Shown one piece after another: positions 39,654-49,636 of a stretch of DNA of 64,000 bases (position 1 is the stretch's first letter; each line of letters starts with the position of its first letter). The notes under the pieces were generated by a model that saw only the letters and a program-made list of their open reading frames with translations, was not told where the DNA came from and made no database searches. The stretch comes from Chitinophaga pinensis (GTDB lineage: Bacteria > Bacteroidota > Bacteroidia > UBA4408), in contig CAMBZU010000002.1 in the NCBI GenBank assembly GCA_945872355.1, forward strand, positions 16,455-80,454, in the 5' to 3' direction. Position numbers and translations under genes: made by a program.

Positions 39654-41612
39654 TTATTGTTTGATAACTTTTCGGTAAATATCAACTTTGCTAGTTTTAA
39701 TCCTCATCAAATATACACCTGCCGTTTCGGGGAGCAGGATAGTTTCTGTTTTTGAATTATTGCTTACCGTTTTGCTTAAAACTATCTTCCCATTGGTAGT
39801 AAATACATCTATTTGTTTAATTTCAAGCATTCCATAAGCATTTACGTTTACCTTGCCATCGGCGGTAATAGAAGGAAATACTTTCACATCGTCTCTCTTA
39901 TTTAATTGTGCGCCACTTTTGGTAACAAGTTGCAGGTTCATTAAGCTATCAGCATTGGCAATAATTGGTGTTTTATCGGCTGCATTAAACATGTTTCTAA
40001 AAGTATCAATAGGCGCGCTGTTAAAGCTGAACAGTTCTGCTACAAATTTCGGTGGTAAGGTTTGATAAATAATTCTTGCAGTTGCATTAATGGTTGAGCT
40101 TATACCAGCTATTGGCACATGGAAATGTATCTCATCAGTTCCAGAACCTTCTACACCATTTATTTTATTAAAATCAGGATCAGAAAGTGCATCCAAAGAA
40201 ACTTTAACAGTATCATAGGAAGGATGCGTAGTGGTAAAACCTGTTGGTGTTAATCTGTTATCTTTAAGTAACACAGCTGCACGCTCTAAAACCGATGTAT
40301 ATTGTGAATTTACATCACCCATTGCCATTTCATAAATTTGAGAAACCCCACTTTGATTAATTACATTGTGATGAGGTTCAAAAGCTGGATTCTCTCCAGC
40401 AACACTGAAATCGCTATGTAAAATACCAGATTTAAATACTGTATCGTTATTATTATCTTTAACTACAAACTGCAAAATGGCTCTTCTGGAAGGATAGCCA
40501 GAAGGAAACTTATGCCCAGCTTTATTTACTAATTTTACTCTAAAATATGCACTATCATTGGCTACGCTATCGAAATGCAAGGTTAAGTTAACCGATTTTT
40601 CTTTAAGCATAGCATTGGTTGCTATTAGTGTGGTGTCAAATTTAAAATCAGGCACTTCAATTCCTAAAGCTGTTTTATTTGCCTTCATAAGTTTTAGCAT
40701 AAACATATTTGCACCTGCAAATGAATGTTGATTAAAAGGTGTACGCGGTGTTATTGATAAATAGCCATTTGCGATCATGATTGGATCACTAATTCTGGCC
40801 ATATGGCAATTTTGACAAGAAGTATTATTTTGGCTGTATACAGAGTTTTTGTATTCGTGGTAAGTAGCTTGTTCCACAAATTCACCTCCCGTAGCATTTC
40901 CATTAAGATCTGCTGTATTGGTAATTAAAGTGTGGCAAGAAGCACATAACTTTGCATCCTCTATATGTGAACTATACGTTGGTGTATAACCAGTGTATAG
41001 TTGCATTGGGCCTACCATTGGGCTTACAAAAGGACCATAAATATGCCTAGTAGTATCATAAGGTATTTGCCCTGAGAAGGTAGTGCCTAAACCATTTGCA
41101 CCAATGGTGTGGCAGCCGGTGCATGAAACTCCATCTATGCCTAGTGAGTCGTTATCAAAATCGGCAATAGTATAATGAGAAGCCCCATTAAAATGTGCAT
41201 TGTAATGGCCCATTGGTGCATGACAACTAGTACATTTATCTTCAAGATCAAGACCATGAGCTGGGTTTACCAATTTTTCATGACTCACTTTTGCTCTCCA
41301 TAAAGGATCGCGAGCACTCAATCCCATCATAGAAGCAGACCAACGGTCATACAAATTCACATCTACTAAATTTTCATCTACATTGGCCCAACCTAAGGAG
41401 TCTTTTCCATGACAGCCGGCACAGCGAGATGAAGGTAAAAAATACTGACCAGGACCAATTGGCCCTGTATGCATTTGAAAAGAAGCCAATTCTTTTTTAC
41501 TGTGGTATCTTGAAGTAGCTTTATTTTGTTGCGCTGCAAAAATGGATAATATAAAAACAGTGAGAGAAATTATAACAATCACCGAAAAGCGAGTAATTTT
41601 CATGTCATGCAA
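39654..41612 (-). CDS. Secreted multiheme (at least pentaheme) c-type cytochrome with a T9SS C-terminal sorting domain.
   Basis: 652 aa. N-terminal signal/TM segment. Five CxxCH motifs are present (CAGCH, CTSCH, CTGCH, CASCH, CQNCH). The C-terminus KVFPSITADGKVNVNAYG...GVYLMRIKTSKVDIYRKVIKQ is a T9SS CTD. It sits 70 bp upstream of the FG-GAP gene on the same strand. Confidence 0.7.
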   Translation of the reverse strand: MHDMKITRFSVIVIISLTVFILSIFAAQQNKATSRYHSKKELASFQMHTGPIGPGQYFLPSSRCAGCHGKDSLGWANVDENLVDVNLYDRWSASMMGLSARDPLWRAKVSHEKLVNPAHGLDLEDKCTSCHAPMGHYNAHFNGASHYTIADFDNDSLGIDGVSCTGCHTIGANGLGTTFSGQIPYDTTRHIYGPFVSPMVGPMQLYTGYTPTYSSHIEDAKLCASCHTLITNTADLNGNATGGEFVEQATYHEYKNSVYSQNNTSCQNCHMARISDPIMIANGYLSITPRTPFNQHSFAGANMFMLKLMKANKTALGIEVPDFKFDTTLIATNAMLKEKSVNLTLHFDSVANDSAYFRVKLVNKAGHKFPSGYPSRRAILQFVVKDNNNDTVFKSGILHSDFSVAGENPAFEPHHNVINQSGVSQIYEMAMGDVNSQYTSVLERAAVLLKDNRLTPTGFTTTHPSYDTVKVSLDALSDPDFNKINGVEGSGTDEIHFHVPIAGISSTINATARIIYQTLPPKFVAELFSFNSAPIDTFRNMFNAADKTPIIANADSLMNLQLVTKSGAQLNKRDDVKVFPSITADGKVNVNAYGMLEIKQIDVFTTNGKIVLSKTVSNNSKTETILLPETAGVYLMRIKTSKVDIYRKVIKQ

Positions 41613-41740
41613 AAAATTTAATGTGTAAATGTATGTTTAATCACCTTTATAAACAAACAACTATAAGCAGATAAATGTTTTAGATGATTAAATTAAACTT
41701 GCAATCGATTAATTTAAAGCAAAAGCGTTATTAATAAATT

Positions 41741-41793
41741 ATACCAATGTAAGATTTTAAATTATTGTCATAATTTATAAATCACATTGGTAC
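41741..41793 (+). mobile_element. 53-bp mini-MITE, the family A core sub-element.
   Basis: taccaatgtaag...tcacattggta has perfect ~10-bp terminal inverted repeats and is identical to the nested unit inside full A copies. Confidence 0.6.
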
Positions 41794-41840
41794 AAATAAA
41801 GCAGTTCGGCAAGAAAGGGCTAACTAGATCTTATTTAGGT

Positions 41841-41993
41841 TTAAACCCAGATTACGCATTAGAAATGCGTAAACGATAAAGAAATTGTAAATCAGATTTT
41901 TACAAATCTGATAACATTTTCTATTTCGGGATTAACCCAACTAAATCAAGTAGTTCGATTTTTTAAATCTCCTATTGATTAATTTGGGTTTAA
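41841..41993 (+). mobile_element. MITE-like element, family D (copy 2).
   Basis: 97% identical to 19054-19206 with the same internal palindromes. Terminal inverted repeats are ttaaacccag/ttgggtttaa. Confidence 0.75.
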
Positions 41994-42002
41994 TAGACAG
42001 TA

Positions 42003-42042
42003 TAAAAACACTAAGCATTGCCTAAAAGGCTTCCGCTTAGTG
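42003..42042 (-). terminator. Rho-independent terminator for the 42189..42881 gene (minus strand).
   Basis: An 8-bp stem cactaagc/gcttagtg with an 18-nt loop is followed, on the minus strand, by TTTTTAT. Confidence 0.55.
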
Positions 42043-42188
42043 CCATAATGGTTTTAACAGGAGTCCCTTTACTCCTATTTACGACCATTATTTTTTGAAT
42101 TAAATTCCTATAAATTTCAGTATCTTATTTCTTTAATTGCTCAATGATAATAAGGCATTGAACAACAAAAGCTGCGCAGGAGAAGGCT

Positions 42189-42881
42189 TTATAAATCAAT
42201 ATTTATTCTGAAGGCATTGTTTTTATTTACTTGCGAAACTACGTAGCTGCAAAGCGTTTGTTTTTTTCCATTTCTGCTAATGTTTCCGCCATACCATACA
42301 TTTGTATTTAACTCGCCAATATAATTTCTAGTATAAACAACCAAACTATCATCTATTTGAGCGCCTCTCATTACTTTTACTTTATCGAAAGATGAAAACA
42401 ATAGTGAATCTGTTTCAGCACCTACGGTTTGTGATTTAAAAATGAAGGTAGTTTTAACCATTGGCTGCATCACAATTTCATATACCGCATCGTTTGCATT
42501 CTTTTTTCTGAATTTTCTCAAAGTATCTAAAACTGGCATTTGGTAGCCTTCGGCAATAGCGCTAGGTATTATGTATAAGTACTTTTTATGATCTTGAGAA
42601 AAACTAATTTTTCCTTCGTTGTTAGTATTTCCTGTTTGTGTTTCTATCATGTGTTTACGACCATATTCTGGAAACCAATCACCAGCTTGGGCATTATTCC
42701 CAATTTTACGAGGATTTTGCCAGGTTTTGGATAAATAAACGGCAGCATTTGCAATTGGCTTTCTTGTAAAACTATCTATAACAATAAAGTGAAGTTCTTC
42801 GGGATAAACTTCTTTTTTACAGGCAGCAAAACCAGCCAGTATAATTGCGAAAAAAATGATTTTAATAAGTGTATGTTTCAT
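42189..42881 (-). CDS. Hypothetical lipoprotein.
   Basis: 230 aa. Signal and lipobox LAGFAAC. No recognisable motif. Confidence 0.5.
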   Translation of the reverse strand: MKHTLIKIIFFAIILAGFAACKKEVYPEELHFIVIDSFTRKPIANAAVYLSKTWQNPRKIGNNAQAGDWFPEYGRKHMIETQTGNTNNEGKISFSQDHKKYLYIIPSAIAEGYQMPVLDTLRKFRKKNANDAVYEIVMQPMVKTTFIFKSQTVGAETDSLLFSSFDKVKVMRGAQIDDSLVVYTRNYIGELNTNVWYGGNISRNGKKQTLCSYVVSQVNKNNAFRINIDL

Positions 42882-42997
42882 TGTTTAAATTATTAAGAAT
42901 TAAACTAAAATTATTTTATTTTAAAAGCAAATCAGCATTTATTTCTAAGCCTAAAATATAAGAAGGCACAAGGCTTAGTCGAGTGCCTTCTCATTAT

Positions 42998-45292
42998 TTA
43001 CTCATGCCTAACCACCACCTTTTTAATAGCTGTTTTAGTTGGTGTTTTTATATTTACTAAATAAATCCCATTCGCTAAATCAGACGTAGAAATTCGAAAG
43101 TTTTTTTCATTCACCATTGTGCTGCTAATATTAGTGCCAATTAATGAACTTATAGCTATAGATTCAATTGTTTCGCTGCTGCTGATATCAAAAATATTAT
43201 TAGCAGGATTAGGGAAAAGTTGAATACTATTTTCAATAAATGAATTTATACTTTTAATAGGCTCTTTTTTAACAGATTCGAACACACTATTATTTGTATT
43301 AATAACGGTTTCATTTGTGGTAGGCGCCATTCTGCCATTTGAATAACAATTAGAAATATTAATTATTTCTGCCTCAAAAAGAGCACCATCTTGTGTATAA
43401 AATCCTGGCTCTAAGCTGATATATCCGCCTGCTTTATAAAATACATTATTATTATTTAAAACAACAACATCTCCACAAGGCGAAAATGAGCCTATGTTGC
43501 CAATTGGGCCAACTCCGTTACCATTTTGTGTTTGATTACAATCTGGATCGTTGAAAATATTATTACCTGCTGTAATAAAATTAGAGGCTTTATAAGTATT
43601 AGATAGTAAGAATTTATTTTGATGAATAATAGTTTCAGGCATACCCGTTAATTCATGCATCACCCAGTCAATATTTTCATAGGTGATTTCCACATGACTT
43701 TGGTTGCTTGTTGGTGCATACACTACATCAAAGTATGAAACAGTATGACTGGGATCTACAAATTTTGAATCACCGTCAAAAATGGCAGTTGATACAGCTG
43801 TTGCTACTGCACTGTTTGCTTTCATTAAAACTTCATAATTAACGGCACCAATTGAACTCCAAAAAGGTATAAAACAGAGCCTGTCACTATTGATGGCATT
43901 GTCTATCCACCCTAAGTTACAAATGCCTAATGCCTGCCCAAATACACTGTTAACAATAGAAGGCAATTGGTTTCTAATATCAACCAAATCAGTTCTAAAG
44001 GAGCCTGGAGCTAAATCTAAGGCCATGGTATTTTTTACTCTAATTGATTGTTGGGTAATTGCCCCTAAAGGCATTGCTGATAATAAAGAAGTTACACAAT
44101 AAGGAGGGTCAAAGTCGAAAACCTTTTTGTAATTATTATCATTTAGCGGCAGTGAATAAATATCTAAATCGATCAAACCGTCGATATCCAACACTTTTTC
44201 ACCTACTTGGTGATTGTCAGATTGAGTAAGTCCAAGTCTACTGCCATTGCTGATTGAAATTTTAGTACAGTGCTGCGGCCATCCCATATAAGGATTATTT
44301 AGCAAGGCAGCTCTTTCTATAGAAGGGCTAGGTGTAGTAAACGTGATTGGGCTTATAAGATTGGTTTCTAAACAAGAATAATTAACCAATTGTGAAGCTG
44401 AAGGGCAAACAAGCTTAGTATATTTATCCTCTATTTCATTACTTAATCCTTTCAAATGTTTCAAGGTATACTGTAGCCCAAGAGGGATATTGGCACCCAT
44501 TTGAGGAGCATCGAAGCTGATGAATTTTTCAACCCAATCAGTATGACCTTCTGCTTCTAATTTATTAATAGCATATCTTGCAACTAAGCCCCCCATACTA
44601 GCACCGCATACTACCATTTTTTCATTGCTATTGTTATCAACCAGTTTTTGGTGCAGCTGCACTAAAATTGAATACAATGCTTCGCCATTAGATTCAATGT
44701 AAGCCTCCCCGCTCATAAAATCAACAAAGCAAATATCATAACCAGCACAACACAATTGATTTAGCAATTCGGGAGATTTCTCAACTTTCAAAGGGTCGCC
44801 TACTTGATAGCCTTCAGCATCTATTCCCGTAACTAATGTAGCCCAATTAAAAGTTGAATAGCCAACATTATCATTTAGATGCAATGGTGCTGAATTAAAA
44901 CTAGCAATGCATTCAGGTTCATCTGGTGGTGGTGATGGATACCAGTCTTGTCTGAAGTAACTTGCCATAGTGTATAAATTATTATTTATTCCTCGTTTTT
45001 CAAAGGAGATTCCTTCAACAAAAACAAAAGGCTTTAGAATAGAATCATGATTATGAATAGACGTTTTGTAGAAACATGATGCTACTGCTGGATTTGTTAA
45101 GTGACTTACTGGCCTATCGTAATTACTGTTGTTTTGTAGTAACTGAGAATAATATACAGGTAAGTAGCTAGTGTTTGATGTAAATTCACCATCATAAGGC
45201 ACATACTTTTGTGCTTGAAAAGGACAGTCAGTTTCGTTTTGTGCGAAAAGCCCAGCACTGTATAAAATTAATAGAGTTATAATCTTTTTCAT
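42998..45292 (-). CDS. Secreted alpha/beta-hydrolase (lipase/esterase-like) with a T9SS C-terminal sorting domain.
   Basis: 764 aa. Signal peptide present. The nucleophile elbow VCGASMGGLVARYAI has the GxSxG form. The C-terminus IQLFPNPANNIFDISS...GIYLVNIKTPTKTAIKKVVVRHE is a T9SS CTD. Confidence 0.65.
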   Translation of the reverse strand: MKKIITLLILYSAGLFAQNETDCPFQAQKYVPYDGEFTSNTSYLPVYYSQLLQNNSNYDRPVSHLTNPAVASCFYKTSIHNHDSILKPFVFVEGISFEKRGINNNLYTMASYFRQDWYPSPPPDEPECIASFNSAPLHLNDNVGYSTFNWATLVTGIDAEGYQVGDPLKVEKSPELLNQLCCAGYDICFVDFMSGEAYIESNGEALYSILVQLHQKLVDNNSNEKMVVCGASMGGLVARYAINKLEAEGHTDWVEKFISFDAPQMGANIPLGLQYTLKHLKGLSNEIEDKYTKLVCPSASQLVNYSCLETNLISPITFTTPSPSIERAALLNNPYMGWPQHCTKISISNGSRLGLTQSDNHQVGEKVLDIDGLIDLDIYSLPLNDNNYKKVFDFDPPYCVTSLLSAMPLGAITQQSIRVKNTMALDLAPGSFRTDLVDIRNQLPSIVNSVFGQALGICNLGWIDNAINSDRLCFIPFWSSIGAVNYEVLMKANSAVATAVSTAIFDGDSKFVDPSHTVSYFDVVYAPTSNQSHVEITYENIDWVMHELTGMPETIIHQNKFLLSNTYKASNFITAGNNIFNDPDCNQTQNGNGVGPIGNIGSFSPCGDVVVLNNNNVFYKAGGYISLEPGFYTQDGALFEAEIINISNCYSNGRMAPTTNETVINTNNSVFESVKKEPIKSINSFIENSIQLFPNPANNIFDISSSETIESIAISSLIGTNISSTMVNEKNFRISTSDLANGIYLVNIKTPTKTAIKKVVVRHE

Positions 45293-45882
45293 AATGAATA
45301 TTTTATGTCGATGTAAAAATAAATTTTGGGGTTTGTTGGTGTTACTAGTGGCTTGCGACTATAAGTGCAATTGGCTGAGAATGTAAATATTTTATTTACC
45401 GTATCCAACTTAATCAATTTGTAATCTAAAATAGAGTCAACATAGTATTCCTTATATTCATTTTTATTGACATGGAAATTAATTACAGAGTTCGCCGTTT
45501 CCTTTAAATATGCTCTTAAAAAAGAGGTGTCTAATAATTGTGTTTGTTTATCGAAACGCAAAACAATGGAGGCTTTTTGTAATTCAGCTTTCTTATAATT
45601 AAACGGAATAAGATAGATCGAAAATTCTGTAACAACCTTGTTGTTGATAGTATATTCATAATACTTAACAATTTGATTGTCATAATCATCAAATTTTCCT
45701 GCAGTTTTTTTATGAAGCCTCTTATTTCTGCTGTCCAATAAAAACTCTTCTTGATCGTCTATTTTAAGATAGATAACATTACTACCATCGGCTTTTTGTT
45801 CGGGTTCTGAAATCTCTTTTTTGCAAGAGTTAAATGCAATTACGCTGATAAAAAGACTGGCTATAAAAAGGAAATTTTTCAT
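45289..45882 (-). CDS. Hypothetical lipoprotein; its start overlaps the downstream lipase gene by 4 bp.
   Basis: 197 aa. Lipobox AFNSC. Confidence 0.5.
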   Translation of the reverse strand: MKNFLFIASLFISVIAFNSCKKEISEPEQKADGSNVIYLKIDDQEEFLLDSRNKRLHKKTAGKFDDYDNQIVKYYEYTINNKVVTEFSIYLIPFNYKKAELQKASIVLRFDKQTQLLDTSFLRAYLKETANSVINFHVNKNEYKEYYVDSILDYKLIKLDTVNKIFTFSANCTYSRKPLVTPTNPKIYFYIDIKYSL

Positions 45883-45995
45883 GTAGTTTTATTTTAGATT
45901 ATTGATTAAATAGTTTAGTGTTGGTGCAAAATATTCGCAATTTTTTTGGCTAATCTATTAAAAAAATTAACTCCCCAAAAGAAACACTTTTAGTA

Positions 45996-48332
45996 TTAAT
46001 TTTTATGTGTAGATAAGTCAATTTGCTTTTGCATCTTTATTAAAAGCAAGGTTAATTCTTCAATTTTTATTTGTTGCAACCTTACCATTTCACCAACCTC
46101 TATACCTTCTTTTTCAATTTGTGCTGCATCTGGCATCCCCGGTAAGTGCTTGTTTTTAGAAATAAATTGCTCTATGCTATTCAAATCCATCAATTCATAG
46201 TTTGAGTCAAAAACAAAGTCGCCCCAGTTTTGCAAATCAACACGTAATTTTTTACACTTAATATTTCCATTAACAACCAATTTGTAGTTAAGTAAATCGA
46301 GGTCGTTTCTTGGATTTACACCAATGCCAAGTCGTCCATCGCTTGACAGGGTCATTTTTGTATTAAATTTAATTCCTGCATCATTTGTAGTTATCTCATC
46401 AGGAATGCTTTCACCATTTACGTTTGAAAACATTAAATCACCTAATACATTACTAAATATTACTGATCCACCGCTATTGGAGCCATCACTTGTTGTTTTC
46501 CAATTGGCATTTCCATCTCTAAAAAAATTAAACCCAATGTAAGATGTAGCATATCCCGATGCCATTGTATGCATAGCGCCAAAAGTCAAGTTGTCTGACT
46601 CATTTACTTTAACTTCGAATTTACCTCGAGGTGATGCTGTTCCAACACCAACATTTTTTTGAGTGTGGTCTGCAAAGAATACAGGATTTTGATTATCCCA
46701 AGGACATGATACTTTAAAGTTTCCACCAAACAAATGGAGTTTCTCATTTGGAGCGCTTGTACCTACACCAACGTTTCCATTATAAAGCACGCTTAGTCTT
46801 TCACCAGAAATAGCTATTTCACCCTGTAAATCTAATTTAGTATTTGCTTCAGGGTGTGTAGTGCCTATCCCTACATTTCCATCAAGTGGGCACTTAACAA
46901 TATCATTTGTAACTATCGGCACATTAACACCATTAATCATATCTGAAGGTACACCCCAACCAATTACAGGACTGCAACCACAGCTAGAACATCCGGGAGG
47001 AAAAGATGGGCCAGGCAATATTTCACCTCTCTCAAATGCTTTTATATTGCCATTTTCGTCTATCCCTAAAAGTTTACTGTTATTAGAAAAAATGGTGTCG
47101 GTGTTTATGTCAGTAAATCTGATTTTTGTATAAAAATTAACTGTGTCGCTTTCCATTTTTAATACCTCTTCATTATTTACTTTAAACGTCAAAGGGCTAT
47201 TATCTGTGCTCCCTATAAACTCTGCTGCATCAATATTTGAATTTCCAAATCTGCTCCAATCTATAGGCGTTGGCATGCTTAAATAAACACTGTTTTTTAA
47301 TGTGCAACCATTGGCATCTGTAATTAATAAATTATATTCTCCTCCATTTAAATTATTAAGGTTGTTTGATGTGCTATTATTTGCATCATTCCACTGATAG
47401 GTATATGGCGCTGTGCCGCCCGTAACAGTTGTATTTATACTTCCATTAAAACAGTCTGCACAACTTACATTAAAACCATTGTATTGACTTAATACAAACT
47501 GACTTTCGATAGCACTAGGTCCGGGTATAGTAACACCTGTATCTAAAACAGCTCTTCCTTGCTGATAAATTCTTACTGCATTATAGCCCGCATAAAGATC
47601 ATCGGGGCTCATGTTAAAACTTCCGTTTTTCCAAACCACACTAAAATCACCCAAGCCACCATTAATATTTAGGGTAGCTTTTCCGTCATTTCCATTAAAA
47701 CATTGTGTGCCTTGTATATTACTAAAACTTACTTGCATGGGCGCAGGCGCTGTGAGTGTAATACTGCTACTTGTAATGCATTGGTTAGCATCTATAATGG
47801 TAAAACCATAACTTCCTGCGGTTAAATTTTTTCTGATACTTACACTGTCGGCATTGTTCCACTGGTATTGATAAGGTGGGGTTCCGCCATTTGCAAAAAT
47901 TTCAATACTTCCATCACTCGCTCCATTTGTACTAATATTATATCCATTAAAATCACTTAATTTACTTTCGAAAGTAAAAGGCCGTGGTTGTTTCAATTTA
48001 AATGTATCTGTTTGTACATTGTTATTAAAATCGGTAACGGTTACAAAATAAGTTCCAGGAGCCAAGTCACTTATCGTAGCAGCCGTATCTCCTGTGTTCC
48101 ATAGGAAGGTATATGGGGCACTCCCAAAATCAGGAGTTGCTTTCAATACACCACTGCCTTGGCCATTACATTTGATATGATAACCACCAAGATGGGTTTC
48201 ACTTTTAATAATTTCGGGCTGGTTTTGCGCATTGCTTTCAATAGATGAGAGCAACAACATTGAAGCGCTTAAACTTGCGCAAACAAGTGAACGCTTGTTA
48301 AGTTTGTTTTTTAAATAGTTAATTAGTTTCAT
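45996..48332 (-). CDS. Cell-surface fibre-like protein with N-terminal SprB-type repeats and a phage tail-fibre-like C-terminus bearing an intramolecular-chaperone-like (peptidase S74-like) domain.
   Basis: 778 aa. Signal peptide present. Four or more SprB-like repeats (GGTPPYQYQWNN..., GTAPYTYQWND...). Tail-fibre-like LGIGT..P..KL.V.G repeats follow. The C-terminus LPGMPDAAQIEKEGIEVGEMVRLQQIKIEELTLLLIKMQKQ resembles the conserved end of Bacteroidetes tail-fibre-domain proteins. No T9SS CTD. Confidence 0.55.
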   Translation of the reverse strand: MKLINYLKNKLNKRSLVCASLSASMLLLSSIESNAQNQPEIIKSETHLGGYHIKCNGQGSGVLKATPDFGSAPYTFLWNTGDTAATISDLAPGTYFVTVTDFNNNVQTDTFKLKQPRPFTFESKLSDFNGYNISTNGASDGSIEIFANGGTPPYQYQWNNADSVSIRKNLTAGSYGFTIIDANQCITSSSITLTAPAPMQVSFSNIQGTQCFNGNDGKATLNINGGLGDFSVVWKNGSFNMSPDDLYAGYNAVRIYQQGRAVLDTGVTIPGPSAIESQFVLSQYNGFNVSCADCFNGSINTTVTGGTAPYTYQWNDANNSTSNNLNNLNGGEYNLLITDANGCTLKNSVYLSMPTPIDWSRFGNSNIDAAEFIGSTDNSPLTFKVNNEEVLKMESDTVNFYTKIRFTDINTDTIFSNNSKLLGIDENGNIKAFERGEILPGPSFPPGCSSCGCSPVIGWGVPSDMINGVNVPIVTNDIVKCPLDGNVGIGTTHPEANTKLDLQGEIAISGERLSVLYNGNVGVGTSAPNEKLHLFGGNFKVSCPWDNQNPVFFADHTQKNVGVGTASPRGKFEVKVNESDNLTFGAMHTMASGYATSYIGFNFFRDGNANWKTTSDGSNSGGSVIFSNVLGDLMFSNVNGESIPDEITTNDAGIKFNTKMTLSSDGRLGIGVNPRNDLDLLNYKLVVNGNIKCKKLRVDLQNWGDFVFDSNYELMDLNSIEQFISKNKHLPGMPDAAQIEKEGIEVGEMVRLQQIKIEELTLLLIKMQKQIDLSTHKN

Positions 48333-48687
48333 TGTTTTTTTTATTAAAAAGTTTGTACTGTTTATTTTTGATTAAGTCAATTGAATTTCGAAATGCAAAT
48401 GATTGCGTTACAATAGTAGATGCTTCAAAAATTATTTAATGTCACCCCGAAAGATGATTTTTAAATTATTTTTTTTGATGGGTATAAACATTCTGAAAGG
48501 CTTGCTATTTCTATTAAGTAAAGAGACAATTACAATTAGAAACGGAGGAAAATAATTTTTTTTTGTAAAAAACAGCTGATAAAAAACATCAGATTTTAAC
48601 TTGGAGATAAAAAAATATTGAAAATTGATGGCAGAAATAATACGTTGTGCTTATCTGTTTTTGCAACGCATTAGAAAAAGCAAAATA

Positions 48688-48817
48688 ATACCGATTACAC
48701 TTTCAATTTAGTCCAATTGCAGCATGGCCTTATTGTGCTAATTTCAAGTATTATGGGCATTAACCATTGCATATTTATTTTTTTTTGCCTAAAAAATAAA
48801 TATGCAATTGGTATAAG
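48688..48817 (+). mobile_element. MITE-like element, family B (copy 2).
   Basis: aataccgattacactttcaattt...tgcaattggtataa; about 85% identical to 18532-18651. Confidence 0.65.
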
Positions 48818-49024
48818 ATGTTTTAGGCGCTTAAGCCAATTGGTTTTACTACAGGCTATTGCTGCGTTTTATAAGCAGTTGCACCCAATAAAATTATTGT
48901 AAATTTAAAATGGAAAAACAATTAGTATAGTTGTGAAAGCAATTGTTCCGTAACTTGCTGCTTCGCAATGATTTATTCGGTATTTAAGAAACAAAATATG
49001 TTTTTTAAAGTTAATGCGAATGTT

Positions 49025-49636
49025 CTAAATCCCAGCCTTGCTATTTTTTAAGATGTTATACAACAAGTCACGCGCTCTAAAAAGTTGCGCTTTTACGGTG
49101 CCTAAAGGCAAATCTAGTTTTTCTGATATTTCTTCGTAGGAGAGTTCTTCAAAATAACGCATTTCAACAAGGGTGCGGTATTTAGGCTTCAACTTTTCTA
49201 CCACATCACGCATCAAAATGTTTTTCTGTTTTTTTATAAAGTTTTCCTCAGGATCAAGAATAGGTGCTTTAATATCTATTGAAACCTCCCCTCCTTCATC
49301 ATTCTCGAAAGGTTTATCAATAGATACAGTAGCCTTGTTTTTCTTTTTACGAATAAAGTCAATACAATTATTGGTGGCAATTTTAAACAGCCAAGTGCTA
49401 AATGCAAAATTAGGGGTGTATTGAGCTAAGCGGCGGAACGCTTTGCCAAAAGCTTCAATAGTTAAATCATCGGCATCATCTTTATTATTAACCATTTTAA
49501 GCAACATAAAGTAAACCGATTCTTTGTAGCGACCCATTAGTTCAGCGTAAGCACGTTGATCGCCATGTTCTACTGCTAATATCACTAATTTGTAGTCGTA
49601 TTGACCTTTTTCGGTTAAATTATTGCCTATTTCCAT
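49025..49636 (-). CDS. RNA polymerase sigma-70 family factor (ECF-like).
   Basis: 203 aa. Region 2 (LTIEAFGKAFRRL...WLFKIATNNCIDFIRKK) and region 4 (YRTLVEMRYFEELSYEEISEKLDLPLGTVKAQLFRAR). Confidence 0.8.
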   Translation of the reverse strand: MEIGNNLTEKGQYDYKLVILAVEHGDQRAYAELMGRYKESVYFMLLKMVNNKDDADDLTIEAFGKAFRRLAQYTPNFAFSTWLFKIATNNCIDFIRKKKNKATVSIDKPFENDEGGEVSIDIKAPILDPEENFIKKQKNILMRDVVEKLKPKYRTLVEMRYFEELSYEEISEKLDLPLGTVKAQLFRARDLLYNILKNSKAGI

